A stretch of DNA of 64,000 bases from Bacillota bacterium (GTDB lineage Bacteria > Bacillota > Clostridia > Ch29): contig JAXGPT010000006.1 in NCBI GenBank assembly GCA_040766775.1, positions 4,709 through 68,708 of the forward strand, given 5' to 3'. Every line of letters starts with the position of its first letter. The first letter of the stretch is position 1. Under the pieces are notes generated by a model. It saw only the letters and a list, made by a program, of their open reading frames with translations. It was not told the origin of the DNA and searched no databases. Positions 40,197 through 50,008 of this stretch are shown here, piece by piece. A program made the translations under genes and the position numbers.

Positions 40197-41085
40197 ATGT
40201 ATTTTTCAATAATACAAGGTGCGGTGGAACTGAATGCTATACTCTGCGGTACTGGCGCTGGGGGTTTTGTTTCGCCAGGGTGCTTAATGTGCCGGACCCT
40301 GACGGCGGACAGGAAGTTTCGTTCTTGGGGCTGCCGTATCGGCTGTCCTGTGCACGTTGGGCATCATCCTGGGGCTACCCCTGGCATTCCTGGCTGCGGC
40401 CGGGGCAAGGTGTGTTACCTCTTTAATGAGCAGCAAATTCAAAATCCAGCTATTTTGGCCGGATGTTGACAATGCTTGCCTTTATTCTGTAAACAAGGTT
40501 ATGCAAAACAGGCCGAATGTACACTTAATAACAAGCCACAGTTTTTAGTTTTTGTAGTACAGTGGAAAACAGCGATGAGGCTTGTGCTGCCCCCTTGGAA
40601 TACTGGCAGTTTTATCAAGTTTCTTTGTTCTTGTTTCTCAATACTGACCTGGATTCCATTTAAGCGAAGGTGGGGACAATGAAAGAAATGGTAACAGCCC
40701 TTGGAGTTAATACAGATACGGTCAAACTTATCGGCCTTGCGCAGGCGGCCTGGCAGGTATCTCAATTGCCCTGGCAGCCCAGTATAATTCATTTGCCGAT
40801 ATCGGGATGGTGCCGGCATTGATGACAGGGCTGGCATCGGTGATTATCTGGGGAGGCGGTCTGCGGGGTTGGTTCATTAAAAAAGATGGCTTGGGGCGAT
40901 TATATTGGGCGCGGTATTGTACAGGCATTATAGCCCTTTTGCCTTTGAGCTAGGTGTTCCCGCCACCGATTTAAAGCTGATATCTGCCCCTAATTGTTGC
41001 CGTGGCGCTGGCAATGCCGGCGGTTAAAGAACGGCTGGCCTTACATGGAGTAAAGAAGGAATCCGGCAAGAGACACAAAAAAAGG
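40197..41085 (+). pseudogene. ABC transporter permease (COG4120 type), frame-broken
   Basis: MYFSIIQGAVEL..., PDLT.DG.FVLG, GIILGLPLAFLAAAGAGCVTSL, KFKIQ.ILAG. Hydrophobic pieces lie in alternating frames. Confidence 0.6.
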
Positions 41086-41089
41086 GGCA

Positions 41090-41820
41090 TTTTCAGTGGG
41101 GATTGAAGGGTTTGCAAAACCTTCGGCGGGGACAGTGCCGCACGCCGGAAACGGCCCTTGACAATATAAAATTTGTCGCTGGGCCGGGGCGTTCTATTAC
41201 AGTAATCGGCAACGGTGCGGGGAAGTCGCGCTGGCAAATTGTATTACGGGTTTGTCGGGTAGACAGGGGAAGAATAATGCTTGATTCGACGGACATTACC
41301 CGACGAATACAAACGCTCCCCGGTTGATAGGAAGAATCCAGGACCGCTTTAATGGGCCTGCCGGCCGTGACTGTGCCGGTCTCGCAATTGCCTATGCAAA
41401 GGAAAACCGAGGGATTAAGGCTTGGTATCCGGAAAGGGACCTGAAATTTTTCAGAGAACGCCGCAACAGTTTTGGGATTAAGGTCTGGATGACAAGCTCG
41501 CCGGCATGAGTTCCTTTCAGCAAGGTGGACAGCGGCAAGCCCTTACGCTGCTTATGGCTGCCATTACAAAACCAAGAACTTCTTATCCACCGGATGACAT
41601 GCGCAACCCTGGACCCAAATACGGCAAAAAAGTGCTGGGTATCATCCGGGAAATTGCTGCCAGCAGCGAAACCTGCACCCTTATGATAACACGCCGATAT
41701 GAAAGCACGCGCAGAGCTGGGTACAGAACCATTATGATGCATGAAGGGAAAATTGTGCTTGATATCAAGGGGACTGAAAGAAGCGCCATGACGGTGGAAA
41801 AGGTAATAAGGGGAATTTGA
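41090..41820 (+). pseudogene. ABC transporter ATPase (COG1101 type), frame-broken
   Basis: ITVIGNGAGKS (Walker A), DRGRIMLDSTDIT, (L)SGGQRQALTLLMA, TLMIT(H), RTIMMHEGKIVLDIKG. Confidence 0.7.
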
Positions 41821-41928
41821 AAGACAAAGGGAAAGACGGGGGACCCGGTTCTCGTGTCTTTTGCAAATGATATTTACAATTCCATAGATATAAAAAAGGT
41901 TTCAGATAAAGCAAGAGCCTTTTATCAT

Positions 41929-43812
41929 TAAGCGACATGGGCAGTAACTAGGCGGTGAAAGTCATGGGCTTGGTAGTGGGAACCATTAGCTAAACAGCAA
42001 GGAGTGTTCACCGTGAGGTGAAATCTGGAGGAAGCTGCAGGCAAAGTCCCGCACCGACGGACGGGAACTGCATACAAGGCATACGTGGAACGGACGAGTT
42101 TGCATAACAAAACGAAGTCCAACACTACCGGAATCCACGGTGTAAATGCAGCGGTGACATGGGATGAAAGTTACTGTTCTTAATCGGGGAGGTGGCGGAA
42201 AGGTACGTCAGGCAGGGAATGAATTTTCCCCATGATAACCCATGCAGCGATGTATGGTGAGCTGTCAGAAGTCAGCAGAGGTCATGAGTACCGTACGGAT
42301 ATATACGGAATGGGAAGGACCGAACGGAAGGATGTTTTGGTATTGTGAAGCACACTACGAAATGCGATGAGCGCAACCAACTTCATACTGAAGACTACCT
42401 GTGTGAGGATAGGGTGGAACCCGAAAGAAGCATGGGAGTGCAGGTATTTCTGTTGCATCTTCCCGAACCAAAACGATGGCAATAGTATGCCGGAAGCTTG
42501 CTTGATAAATGCTTGACCGAGACAACATGAACCGGCCTTTACAAGAGGTTAAGTCAAACAAAAAAGGCAGCCATGGAATTGATGGAATGACAGTAGATGA
42601 ACTTCTACAGTTTCTGAAAGAAAATGGTGAGCAAATCAGGCAGTGTATCCGGGAGAAGTACTTACAAGCCAAAACCTGTGCGGCAGATAAAGATACCAAA
42701 GCCAGGCGGCGGCAAAAGACTACTTGGCATACCAACAGTAGTAGACGAGTAGTGCAACAGGCAATAGCCCAGGTATTAAGCCCAATCTTTGAGAAGCAGT
42801 TCTCGATTGAGCTATGGTTCAGGCCGAGAGGACGCAAAACAGGCGGTATTGAAATGCAAGGAATACATAGAAGCAGGCTACGACTGGGCTGTGGATATTG
42901 ACCTTGCGAAATACTTTGATACCGTAAACCACGACAAATTGATGGGCCTAATCCATAAAACCGTTAAGGATAGAGGTAATATCACTTATCCGCAAATTCC
43001 TTCAATCGGGGTAATGATAATGGAGTAGTGGTGAAACGGAAGAGGGCTGTCCTGCGGTGGCCCCGCCGTGGCCCGCTGCTATCCAATATCATGCTGAATG
43101 AACTGGATAAGGAACTAGAAAGAAGGGGAACTTAAATTCTGCCGGTACGCCGATGATGTAAACATATACGTCAGGGAAGGCAGCAGAAAGGGTAATGGTA
43201 GTGTTACACGGTTTATCGAGGGCTGATTTAACCCAAGGTAAACCGTGAAAAGAATACTATTGATAGGCGGCTGAAATTTTTAGGTTTCTCCTTTTACCGT
43301 AAAGATAGTGGTATAGGGATAAAGAGGTGCACCCAAGGTCACTAGCGAAGTTTAAATCAAGCTAAAGGAGATAACCTCAAAGGAGTATGCTATGAGCATG
43401 GAATACAGGATATTTAAACTGAACCAGAGCATTACCGGCTGGGTAAACTACTTTAGCCTGGCGGACATGAAAAACAATAGCTGCTAAACTTAGGAGCAGA
43501 TGGGCGCAAGGATAAGGAATGTGCTACTACAGAGCAGTGGAAGAAGAAGTTAGTACAAAGCACAGAAACCTTAGCAAGGTTAGGTACTAGACAACTACAA
43601 GGCATGGCAGTATGCCAACACGAGGAAAAGCTATAACCTTCAGCCAATAGCTTTTATCTGAGCAAATCCATCGCAATGAATACCTAAAAAGTTTGGAACA
43701 AAGTCAGTATCGAAAGATATTCATTAGTCCATTAATATCTTTTCGAACCGCCGTATGCCGGACGGCACGTACGGTGGTGTGAGAGGACCGGGGGTTAATC
43801 ATCCCCTCCTAC
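41929..43812 (+). mobile_element. Group II intron, class C-like, with degenerate RT/maturase ORF
   Basis: Domain V GAACCGCCGTATGCCGGACGGCACGTACGGTGGTGTG at 43746-43782. GAGTTTGCATAACAAAACGAAGTCC and GTCAGCAGAGGTCATGAGTACC closely match strings I recall from the Oceanobacillus iheyensis IIC intron. RT blocks GIDGMTVDEL, PGGGKRLLGIPTVVD, DIDLAKYFDTVNHDKLM and FCRYADDVNIYV lie in several frames. The 5' boundary is approximate because no clean GUGYG is present. Confidence 0.75.
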
Positions 43813-43817
43813 TCGAT

Positions 43818-43877
43818 TGGTGCCGAAGGTGGGACTTGAACCCACACGAGGTTTGAGCCTCACTGGATTTTGAGTCC
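43818..43877 (-). other. 3' fragment of tRNA-Leu(CAA) (anticodon loop to CCA), att-like repeat
   Basis: The first 31 nt (TGGTGCCGAAGGTGGGACTTGAACCCACACG) are identical to 55152-55182, with similarity continuing to ...GATTTTGAGTCC. The D-arm and 5' acceptor are absent. Confidence 0.8.
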
Positions 43878-44260
43878 CGTGAAATGTTGATAATAATTAT
43901 CAATCACCTGTATCATAGGCGTCTCAATGGTTCTGGGATTTCGGGCGCGCTTATTTTTCTACAACACTGCATTAGACTGTTCAAATATCGTTTTTTGTGC
44001 ATCACTAAAAGGGGCAATAATTCTAAATGGTGCAAAATAATCTAGCGCATTCCTAAAGATATGATAGCATACGTTATCGGTCATTGCAAAACTTCCAAAA
44101 AAATGATATTCAGAAGCAAGTACTGATTAATAAATGCGTAAAGCATATGAGGAACGGTATATTATGAAGAGTGCCGGGAGTTATGGACAATACACCACAA
44201 TTATAGAAATAAAAACCAATAAAAGAAGGGAATTGGGAATAGATATAGAATAATACTATT

Positions 44261-45653
44261 GTGGTAAATATAGCCAACGAGGTGAGACATTTGTATCCCA
44301 TACCCTGGTTTGTTGCACTGCTGGTAACTGTACCTGAAACATTCCTCGTTGTGAAGCTGGGTTTTAAGCTTTTTGGAACGGATGTAGATACCAAAAAAGC
44401 CTTGTTAATATCTTTGCTAAACGGTATCTTCTCATATTTTGTGAGGAGGATGCCTCTTATGTATTCGGCTTACACTATACTTATTATACTACTTACCCTT
44501 CTAGCGTACTAAAAACACAGTCGGGAGCAACGCGTCCGTTGCTGTCGGCGGGTTGATACTGGGGGTACTACAGAGTACGGTACTCTACTTTTTGCTCCTT
44601 ATAACATCGAGGACTGTAGATGATTTAGCCAGCAAGCCGTGGCTCAATATATTATACTTCATTCCAATGGCAATAATGATTTTGCTTTATCGGTGGGTTA
44701 GCAAGAATAATTTTTGCTGTGTCATTCGAGTAATGCAGGGACTGGTAAGAATGAAAAAAGATAGAAGCGTTATTATCGTAAATACCATACTAGCACAGAT
44801 ACTTCTGATTGTTATCGTCAACCAGCAGATAATGATAATGGAGGATATGAATGTCCTTAAACAGTATTTGCCGTTTGTAAATCTACTGGTAATAATACTG
44901 GGTATTTTCTCAATATTTTCTATAATGCAGATTAAGGAAAATGTCTCCACAGCAGTTGAGGTCAGCCTCATAAAAAACCACCTTGACCAGATAGAGAAAC
45001 TGACAGAGGTGCTGCATAAAAGCAGGCATGAACATGTAAGGCATATACAGACCATACAGTCAATGCTTGACCTTGGAAAGTCCGATAAAGCGATAGAGTA
45101 TATAGAGGGTATTGCCGGAAAGTACTGGCCTTGCGACGAGATGGTGTATGTAGACCATCCTGCATTATCGGCACTTTTAAACAGCAAAAAAGCAGCTGCT
45201 GAACTAAAGGGTGTGGAATTTGCCTTCTGCTCAAAATGCAATCTGAAAAATATACCGGTTAAACCCTGGGACCTGTGCAGTATGACGGGAAACCTTCTGG
45301 ACAATGCCTTTGAAGCCGTTGTATGCAGCCAGGGGCCAAAGAGAGTTGGGCTTGAGATAAAGCATGATAAGAATAGTTACATAATATACGTGTACAACAG
45401 CGGCCCCCGTATACCCGACAGGCTAAAAGAAAAGATTTTCCATCCTGGCTTTACCACAAAAAGGTCTGGTGCAAGGGGCTACGGCCTGTATCTGGTTAAG
45501 AAACTGGTGGAGGAGTATGGCGGGAATATTGAAGCTATATCCCGGGACAAAACCACATTCATCATATATTTACCGGATGGGGGCGGGATGGAAAATGATA
45601 AGGACTATCTCCAGGAATATGGCCGAGAAGCTGGGAAAACAGCTTCAATGTGA
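44261..45653 (+). pseudogene. agrC: AgrC-like (HPK10) membrane histidine kinase, cassette B, one frame break near 44510
   Basis: PWFVALLVTVPETFLVV... parallels the cassette A N-terminus. H-box SRHEHVRHIQ, N-box GNLLDNAFEA, G-box TKRSGARGYGL. Confidence 0.75.
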
Positions 45654-46239
45654 CCAGGATAGAGTAGAAGTTTTTGCATACGGGCTCCAGATAATACTGG
45701 GGACGGGCTTTAAACTGGTTTTAATACTACTGATATCTTTGATACTGGATACCTTCCATACAACACTAATATGCCTCATAACATACATAGCCTTCCGCAA
45801 CTTCGGGGGAGGGGTTCATCTAAGCACCTATTCCAAATGCTTGGTTACCGGACTTGCCGTATTTACCGTTTTGGGAAAGCTTGCTGCCCATGGTATGGAA
45901 ACAGGGGCATTATTCCTCTTGCTTATAGTGACCTCACTGTTATGGATATATGCCATAACAAAGTGGGTGCCGGCAGGGACCGAGAAAAAACAGGTAAAGG
46001 ACAGGCGTGTACGGCTAAAGCAAAAGAAAAAGACCGGGTGGGTGCTCATGCTCTGGGTTATTACCTGTACGGTATTAATAAAGTATAGATTTATATACCA
46101 TACTTTTGCCTCCCTGCTGGGGGCTTTGGCAGCTCTTTTCCTTATAACCCCCTGGGGATACAGGATAGCAAAGGCCCTGGACAATAAACTTGATAATTTA
46201 GGCAAAGGAGGTGTAGGGGAATGTATAAAAAGACAGTAA
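45595..46239 (+). CDS. agrB: AgrB-like AIP-processing endopeptidase, cassette B
   Basis: FRNFGGGVHLSTYSKCLV is the His...Cys catalytic motif. Polytopic. Overlaps the kinase 3' end. Confidence 0.8.
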   Translation: MIRTISRNMAEKLGKQLQCDQDRVEVFAYGLQIILGTGFKLVLILLISLILDTFHTTLICLITYIAFRNFGGGVHLSTYSKCLVTGLAVFTVLGKLAAHGMETGALFLLLIVTSLLWIYAITKWVPAGTEKKQVKDRRVRLKQKKKTGWVLMLWVITCTVLIKYRFIYHTFASLLGALAALFLITPWGYRIAKALDNKLDNLGKGGVGECIKRQ

Positions 46240-46355
46240 AAATGCTACTTTCAGGAGCCGCGTCACTACTGATATTTGTTGCTTCTATAGGCGTAAGCCC
46301 CAACAGCATGTGGATACTATACGAGCCGGATATACCCAAAAGCCTAAAAGAATAA
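46221..46355 (+). CDS. agrD: AgrD-like autoinducing peptide precursor (44 aa), not in ORF track
   Basis: MYKKTVKMLLSGAASLLIFVASIGVSPNSMWILYEPDIPKSLKE. AAAGGAGG RBS. The tail YEPDIPKSL matches cassette A (YQPETPKAL) and the staphylococcal and clostridial AgrD tail motif. Confidence 0.75.
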   Translation: MYKKTVKMLLSGAASLLIFVASIGVSPNSMWILYEPDIPKSLKE

Positions 46356-46367
46356 GGGTTGGTTAAC

Positions 46368-47096
46368 ATGGTAAGCATACTTATTCTTGAAGATGAATAC
46401 TATACCAGGGAATACCTAAAAGGGCTGGCAACTAAAAACCTATTGTAAAAAGGGCTATAGCTGTATCATCCGGCGGCAGGACAGTAAAGATGGCAAAGGA
46501 GCACCTCCCGGATATTGCGCTTGCTTGACATAGAACTGGACATAGGGGAAGGTATAAACGGTATAGACGTTGCAATGATGATACAGAAGATAACCCCCCG
46601 TATACATTTCGTATTTATTACCGGTTACGCAAAGTATGCCCTTGATTCCTTCAGTGTACACCCCTACGACTATATACTAAAACCCGTCAAAACCGAGAGG
46701 GTGATGGAGGTAATATCTACCCTTGCGTCAAAAATACTGCAGGATAGGGATACGGATAATGACACTGACAAAATAACGATAAGAACAGGCGATGAAATAA
46801 TCTTCCTAAGGGCTGGGGAAATACTGTTCATAGAAAGGCAGGATAAAAAAACCCTTGTCCATACCCTTAACAGTATTCATGAAACAGATATGTTTCTAAA
46901 TGAGTTGGAAGGAATATTACCCCGAAAGTTCCTGAGGACCCACAAATCCTTTATTGTAAATACAGGTAAGATAAAGAGCATCATGGAAGTAAGCAGGAGG
47001 TCATACCAAATAGAGTTCTATGATTATAATAGGACAGCTCATATGAGCCGGTATAAATATAAAGAGCATAAGGAATTGTTTTGCCCCTCCAGATGA
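46368..47096 (+). pseudogene. agrA: AgrA-like LytTR response regulator, cassette B, N-terminal frame breaks
   Basis: MVSILILEDEYYTREYLKGLA then shifted. 46515-47096 is intact with FITGYAKYALDSFSVHPYDYILKP and a LytTR domain (FLRTHKSFIVN). Confidence 0.8.
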
Positions 47097-47109
47097 GGGG
47101 TGTCTTTTT
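47084..47109 (+). terminator. Terminator of cassette B
   Basis: CCCCTC/GAGGGG stem followed by TGTCTTTTT. Confidence 0.55.
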
Positions 47110-47147
47110 GTTTCTCTAGGCATAGCCTTTGGGTCATTGAGTCGCCG

Positions 47148-47205
47148 TATTGGGCTATTCAGTTCCTAAAATGGGCTATTTAACCCTCAAAATGGGCTAT
47201 TCAGG
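47148..47205 (+). repeat. Three direct repeats TGGGCTATT(C/T)A phased at exactly 21 bp (candidate LytTR operator)
   Basis: Repeat starts at 47151, 47172 and 47193. The last two copies share AAAATGGGCTATT. Confidence 0.7.
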
Positions 47206-47592
47206 AAAACGGGAAGGAAAGTTACACATGGAACAGAATACAATAAATAGAAAAATAAACATCCCTGCCAATGTACAAGTCCTAGCCGGAACCAACCATT
47301 GACAGGGAGTAGCCCTTTACCTGCCAGAGACAGGTAGGAGTTATATAAATTATACCTCCCTCTCTGGTTTCTGTAAAGGTAAAGGAGATTATTGGAGGGA
47401 GATATGGTGCTTATGAGGGTATAATAATAAATATAATAGGATCAATGATGTTATGTAAGAGGACATCAAAAATGAATGATAAAAAAGGAGGTGTTTTTTG
47501 CAACTTAAAATTCCTCACTTTTGCAAAACTTTTTCCCCAGGCACCGGTGGGGAATTTTTATGTTAACCCCAATAGTTCTGACTGTTTAATTC

Positions 47593-48318
47593 CTATGCGT
47601 TCAGCCCAGATTCCCGCATCCTGTTGCTTTGGCCGGGGAATAGCAGCAGGTGACAGTGGTGGAGTATTCGGTCAATAATGGCACCCGTCATCTGCTCATC
47701 ATAAAATACATTTACCCATCTTGAAAACTCTATGTTAGTGTTGATAATCACAGATTTCCGTTCATAACGCTCGGATATCACCTCAAACAGAAGCTGTGCC
47801 CCTATCCGGTCGAGGGGGACATAGCCCCACTCGTCACAGATCAAAAGGTCGGCCTTGCTTAAGTTTCTTAAAAAGACGGATAATGTCCCAGCTTTCTTTA
47901 GCTCCGCCAGCTTGTTCACAAGTGCTGATGTCCTAAAGAACCTAACCTCAAAACCCTTCTTACAGGCCTCTACACCCAGGGCAATGGAAAGATGTGTCTT
48001 ACCGGTACCTACGTTGCCATACATAACAATATTACTCTTGTTTGCGATGAACTCACACTCTCTTAGGTATTGCGGGGTAATACCACCAGGGAGCGTTACT
48101 TCATCAAACCTAAAGCTTTCAAAGGTCTTTATGGTATAAAAGCCAGCCTTCTTTAACAGCTTATCTTTCCTTGTTTGCTCACGGTGCAAAATCTCTGATT
48201 GAAGAAGTTTAAGCAGGTATTCCTGATGGCTGTCTGCCTGTATTTTATCCGACATTTCAACGATATTTTTGCTTAAGCGAAGCCTCTTGCAGCAGGCGGC
48301 AATATCAGGTACTAACAT
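47593..48318 (-). CDS. istB: IS21 helper ATPase IstB
   Basis: YGNVGTGKTHL (Walker A), LLICDEWGY (Walker B), typical IstB length. Confidence 0.9.
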   Translation of the reverse strand: MLVPDIAACCKRLRLSKNIVEMSDKIQADSHQEYLLKLLQSEILHREQTRKDKLLKKAGFYTIKTFESFRFDEVTLPGGITPQYLRECEFIANKSNIVMYGNVGTGKTHLSIALGVEACKKGFEVRFFRTSALVNKLAELKKAGTLSVFLRNLSKADLLICDEWGYVPLDRIGAQLLFEVISERYERKSVIINTNIEFSRWVNVFYDEQMTGAIIDRILHHCHLLLFPGQSNRMRESGLNA

Positions 48319-49838
48319 CCCTTTACCCCCGCCTTCCCAAGGCTTTTGTCATAGGCCGTAAGGTTGGGCTCATACCTTTTTAGCTGCGGTATATGTTCAG
48401 GCAGGCGTACCGGCTCAAGCTGCAGTACTTTTTCATGCAGCCGGTTGTGCAGGTTTATCAGGCTGTCCACATCGGCAGCACCGTAAGATAGAGCAGTACT
48501 GACAGTCTCAACCGCCTTTTCAAAGCTGCTCTTTTGGGTTAGTTCGGCAATAGCCTTTAGCACTTTCCCTTTGTCTTGCTTGCTTAAATCCTCCATATAC
48601 TCTTTTACAGGCTGTGGCAGCATATGATATATACCTGTATATTTTAATGCCCCTGGGCGTCGTGCCAGCTGGCTTAGGTAGGGCAGCCACTGCATGCTTT
48701 GCTGTTTATGGTCCCCATAGAGCCTATCGTGGCGTACTATCTCGCGATAGTTCTCATCAAGCACTATTACATGAAAGGCAGTTAATTTAACCAATACATA
48801 CCCGTTCGCATATTTAGGTGCTGCCGAGTATTCGTGTAAGCCTTTGTTTAGTAGAAACTTGCCGTACCCATTTGTCTTTACCGTTATGTATTTACTTGTA
48901 TCCAGTGTTACTTTCGGTAATTCCAAGAGGGCTGCAGCATCTTCCTTGTACAGTTCTTCAATGGTCCCTTCCTTGCGGTAATGCTCCCTTTTAGCATCCT
49001 CTTCACACTGGATTAGAAGGTCTTTGTTAAATTCACTTAAGCTCTCAAACCGTGGTACCGGCACCAGCATATTTCGCCGGTGATAGCCGACTTTGCTTTC
49101 TACGTTGCCTTTCTCATGCCCGGCATCCACGTTGCAAAAGGCTGCCTCAAACCGGTAATGTTCCATAAACCGCAAGAAATCGTCTGTAAGGTTTCGCCCT
49201 CCGCCTTTCATCACCTTGGTAACCATGGTGCTTGCGTTATCAAACCATATCCTCGTCGGTACACCACCTATGTGTTCAAATATCGTCTTTAAGCCTTCAA
49301 ACAGGCATTCCTGGTTCTCTCCCTTGTAAACTTGGGTATACCCCTTATTACTGTTAGGGAATGATAGGTTAAAGTATTTACCGCTATACAGCTTTCCGTT
49401 CTCATAAAATTGGGCATCGCCAAAGTCTGCCTGTGCTTCGCCGGGAATATGTTCTAAGGGCAGAAAACCTTTCTTTTCACCGAATATTTCTTTTTTCTTT
49501 AACGCTACATACCCCGCAACGGTTCTGTAAGAACAGTTGAAGTCATCCTTGTACTTCTTTACCAGCCGGTCGTATACACGTTTTGCAGTGTGCCTTTGCT
49601 TTCGCCTGGCTTTCTTATCCTCGGTAAGCCAGGTATCGATATCCTGCTTGTATGGGTCAAGCTTGGGAAACGCAGCTTCTTTCTTTACTTTTGGCAGCTC
49701 TTCATTCCAATTGTCTTTGTCAAGGTACCCCCTTACTGTCTTACGGTCATGGCCAGTATCTCGAGCAATCTGGCTAATATTTTTCCCTTCCTCAAAGTAC
49801 ATTTTTCTGATATCCTTAACTTGGGCCATTGTTAGCAT
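48312..49838 (-). CDS. istA: IS21 transposase IstA
   Basis: N-terminal HTH (KNISQIARDTGHDRKTVRGY) and a DDE core (EAQADFG..., WFDNAS). Start chosen at MLTMAQV after a GGAGG RBS. Confidence 0.9.
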   Translation of the reverse strand: MLTMAQVKDIRKMYFEEGKNISQIARDTGHDRKTVRGYLDKDNWNEELPKVKKEAAFPKLDPYKQDIDTWLTEDKKARRKQRHTAKRVYDRLVKKYKDDFNCSYRTVAGYVALKKKEIFGEKKGFLPLEHIPGEAQADFGDAQFYENGKLYSGKYFNLSFPNSNKGYTQVYKGENQECLFEGLKTIFEHIGGVPTRIWFDNASTMVTKVMKGGGRNLTDDFLRFMEHYRFEAAFCNVDAGHEKGNVESKVGYHRRNMLVPVPRFESLSEFNKDLLIQCEEDAKREHYRKEGTIEELYKEDAAALLELPKVTLDTSKYITVKTNGYGKFLLNKGLHEYSAAPKYANGYVLVKLTAFHVIVLDENYREIVRHDRLYGDHKQQSMQWLPYLSQLARRPGALKYTGIYHMLPQPVKEYMEDLSKQDKGKVLKAIAELTQKSSFEKAVETVSTALSYGAADVDSLINLHNRLHEKVLQLEPVRLPEHIPQLKRYEPNLTAYDKSLGKAGVKGC

Positions 49839-50008
49839 CCTCCAGTCCTCCTTGTACTCGATTAGGTCTCTCAACTACAAGGATATTATTTTGGTGTGGT
49901 GCCTGCAATGACCTTTTTGCAATTATGGGGAATTTACTGTTGCAAAAGTGGGGAATTCCTTTTGCAACTTTGTCCATTTACATTATGCAATAAATAGGAG
50001 GTAAAAGC

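Larger units (their letters stand above)
47492..49976 (-). mobile_element. IS21-family insertion sequence (boundaries +/-10 bp)
   Basis: The istA+istB pair is intact. Terminal regions carry inverted TTGCAA-containing repeats: 47492 TGTTTTTTGCAACTTAAAATTCCTCACTTTTGCAAAAC versus the reverse complement of 49976, TGGACAAAGTTGCAAAAGGAATTCCCCACTTTTGCAACAG. Confidence 0.8.

Noticed and set aside
43878-44260. An integrase expected beside the tRNA-fragment end of the island (also checked at 55000-55151).
   Set aside because: Translations on both strands show no tyrosine- or serine-recombinase motifs, only short ORFs. None is reported.
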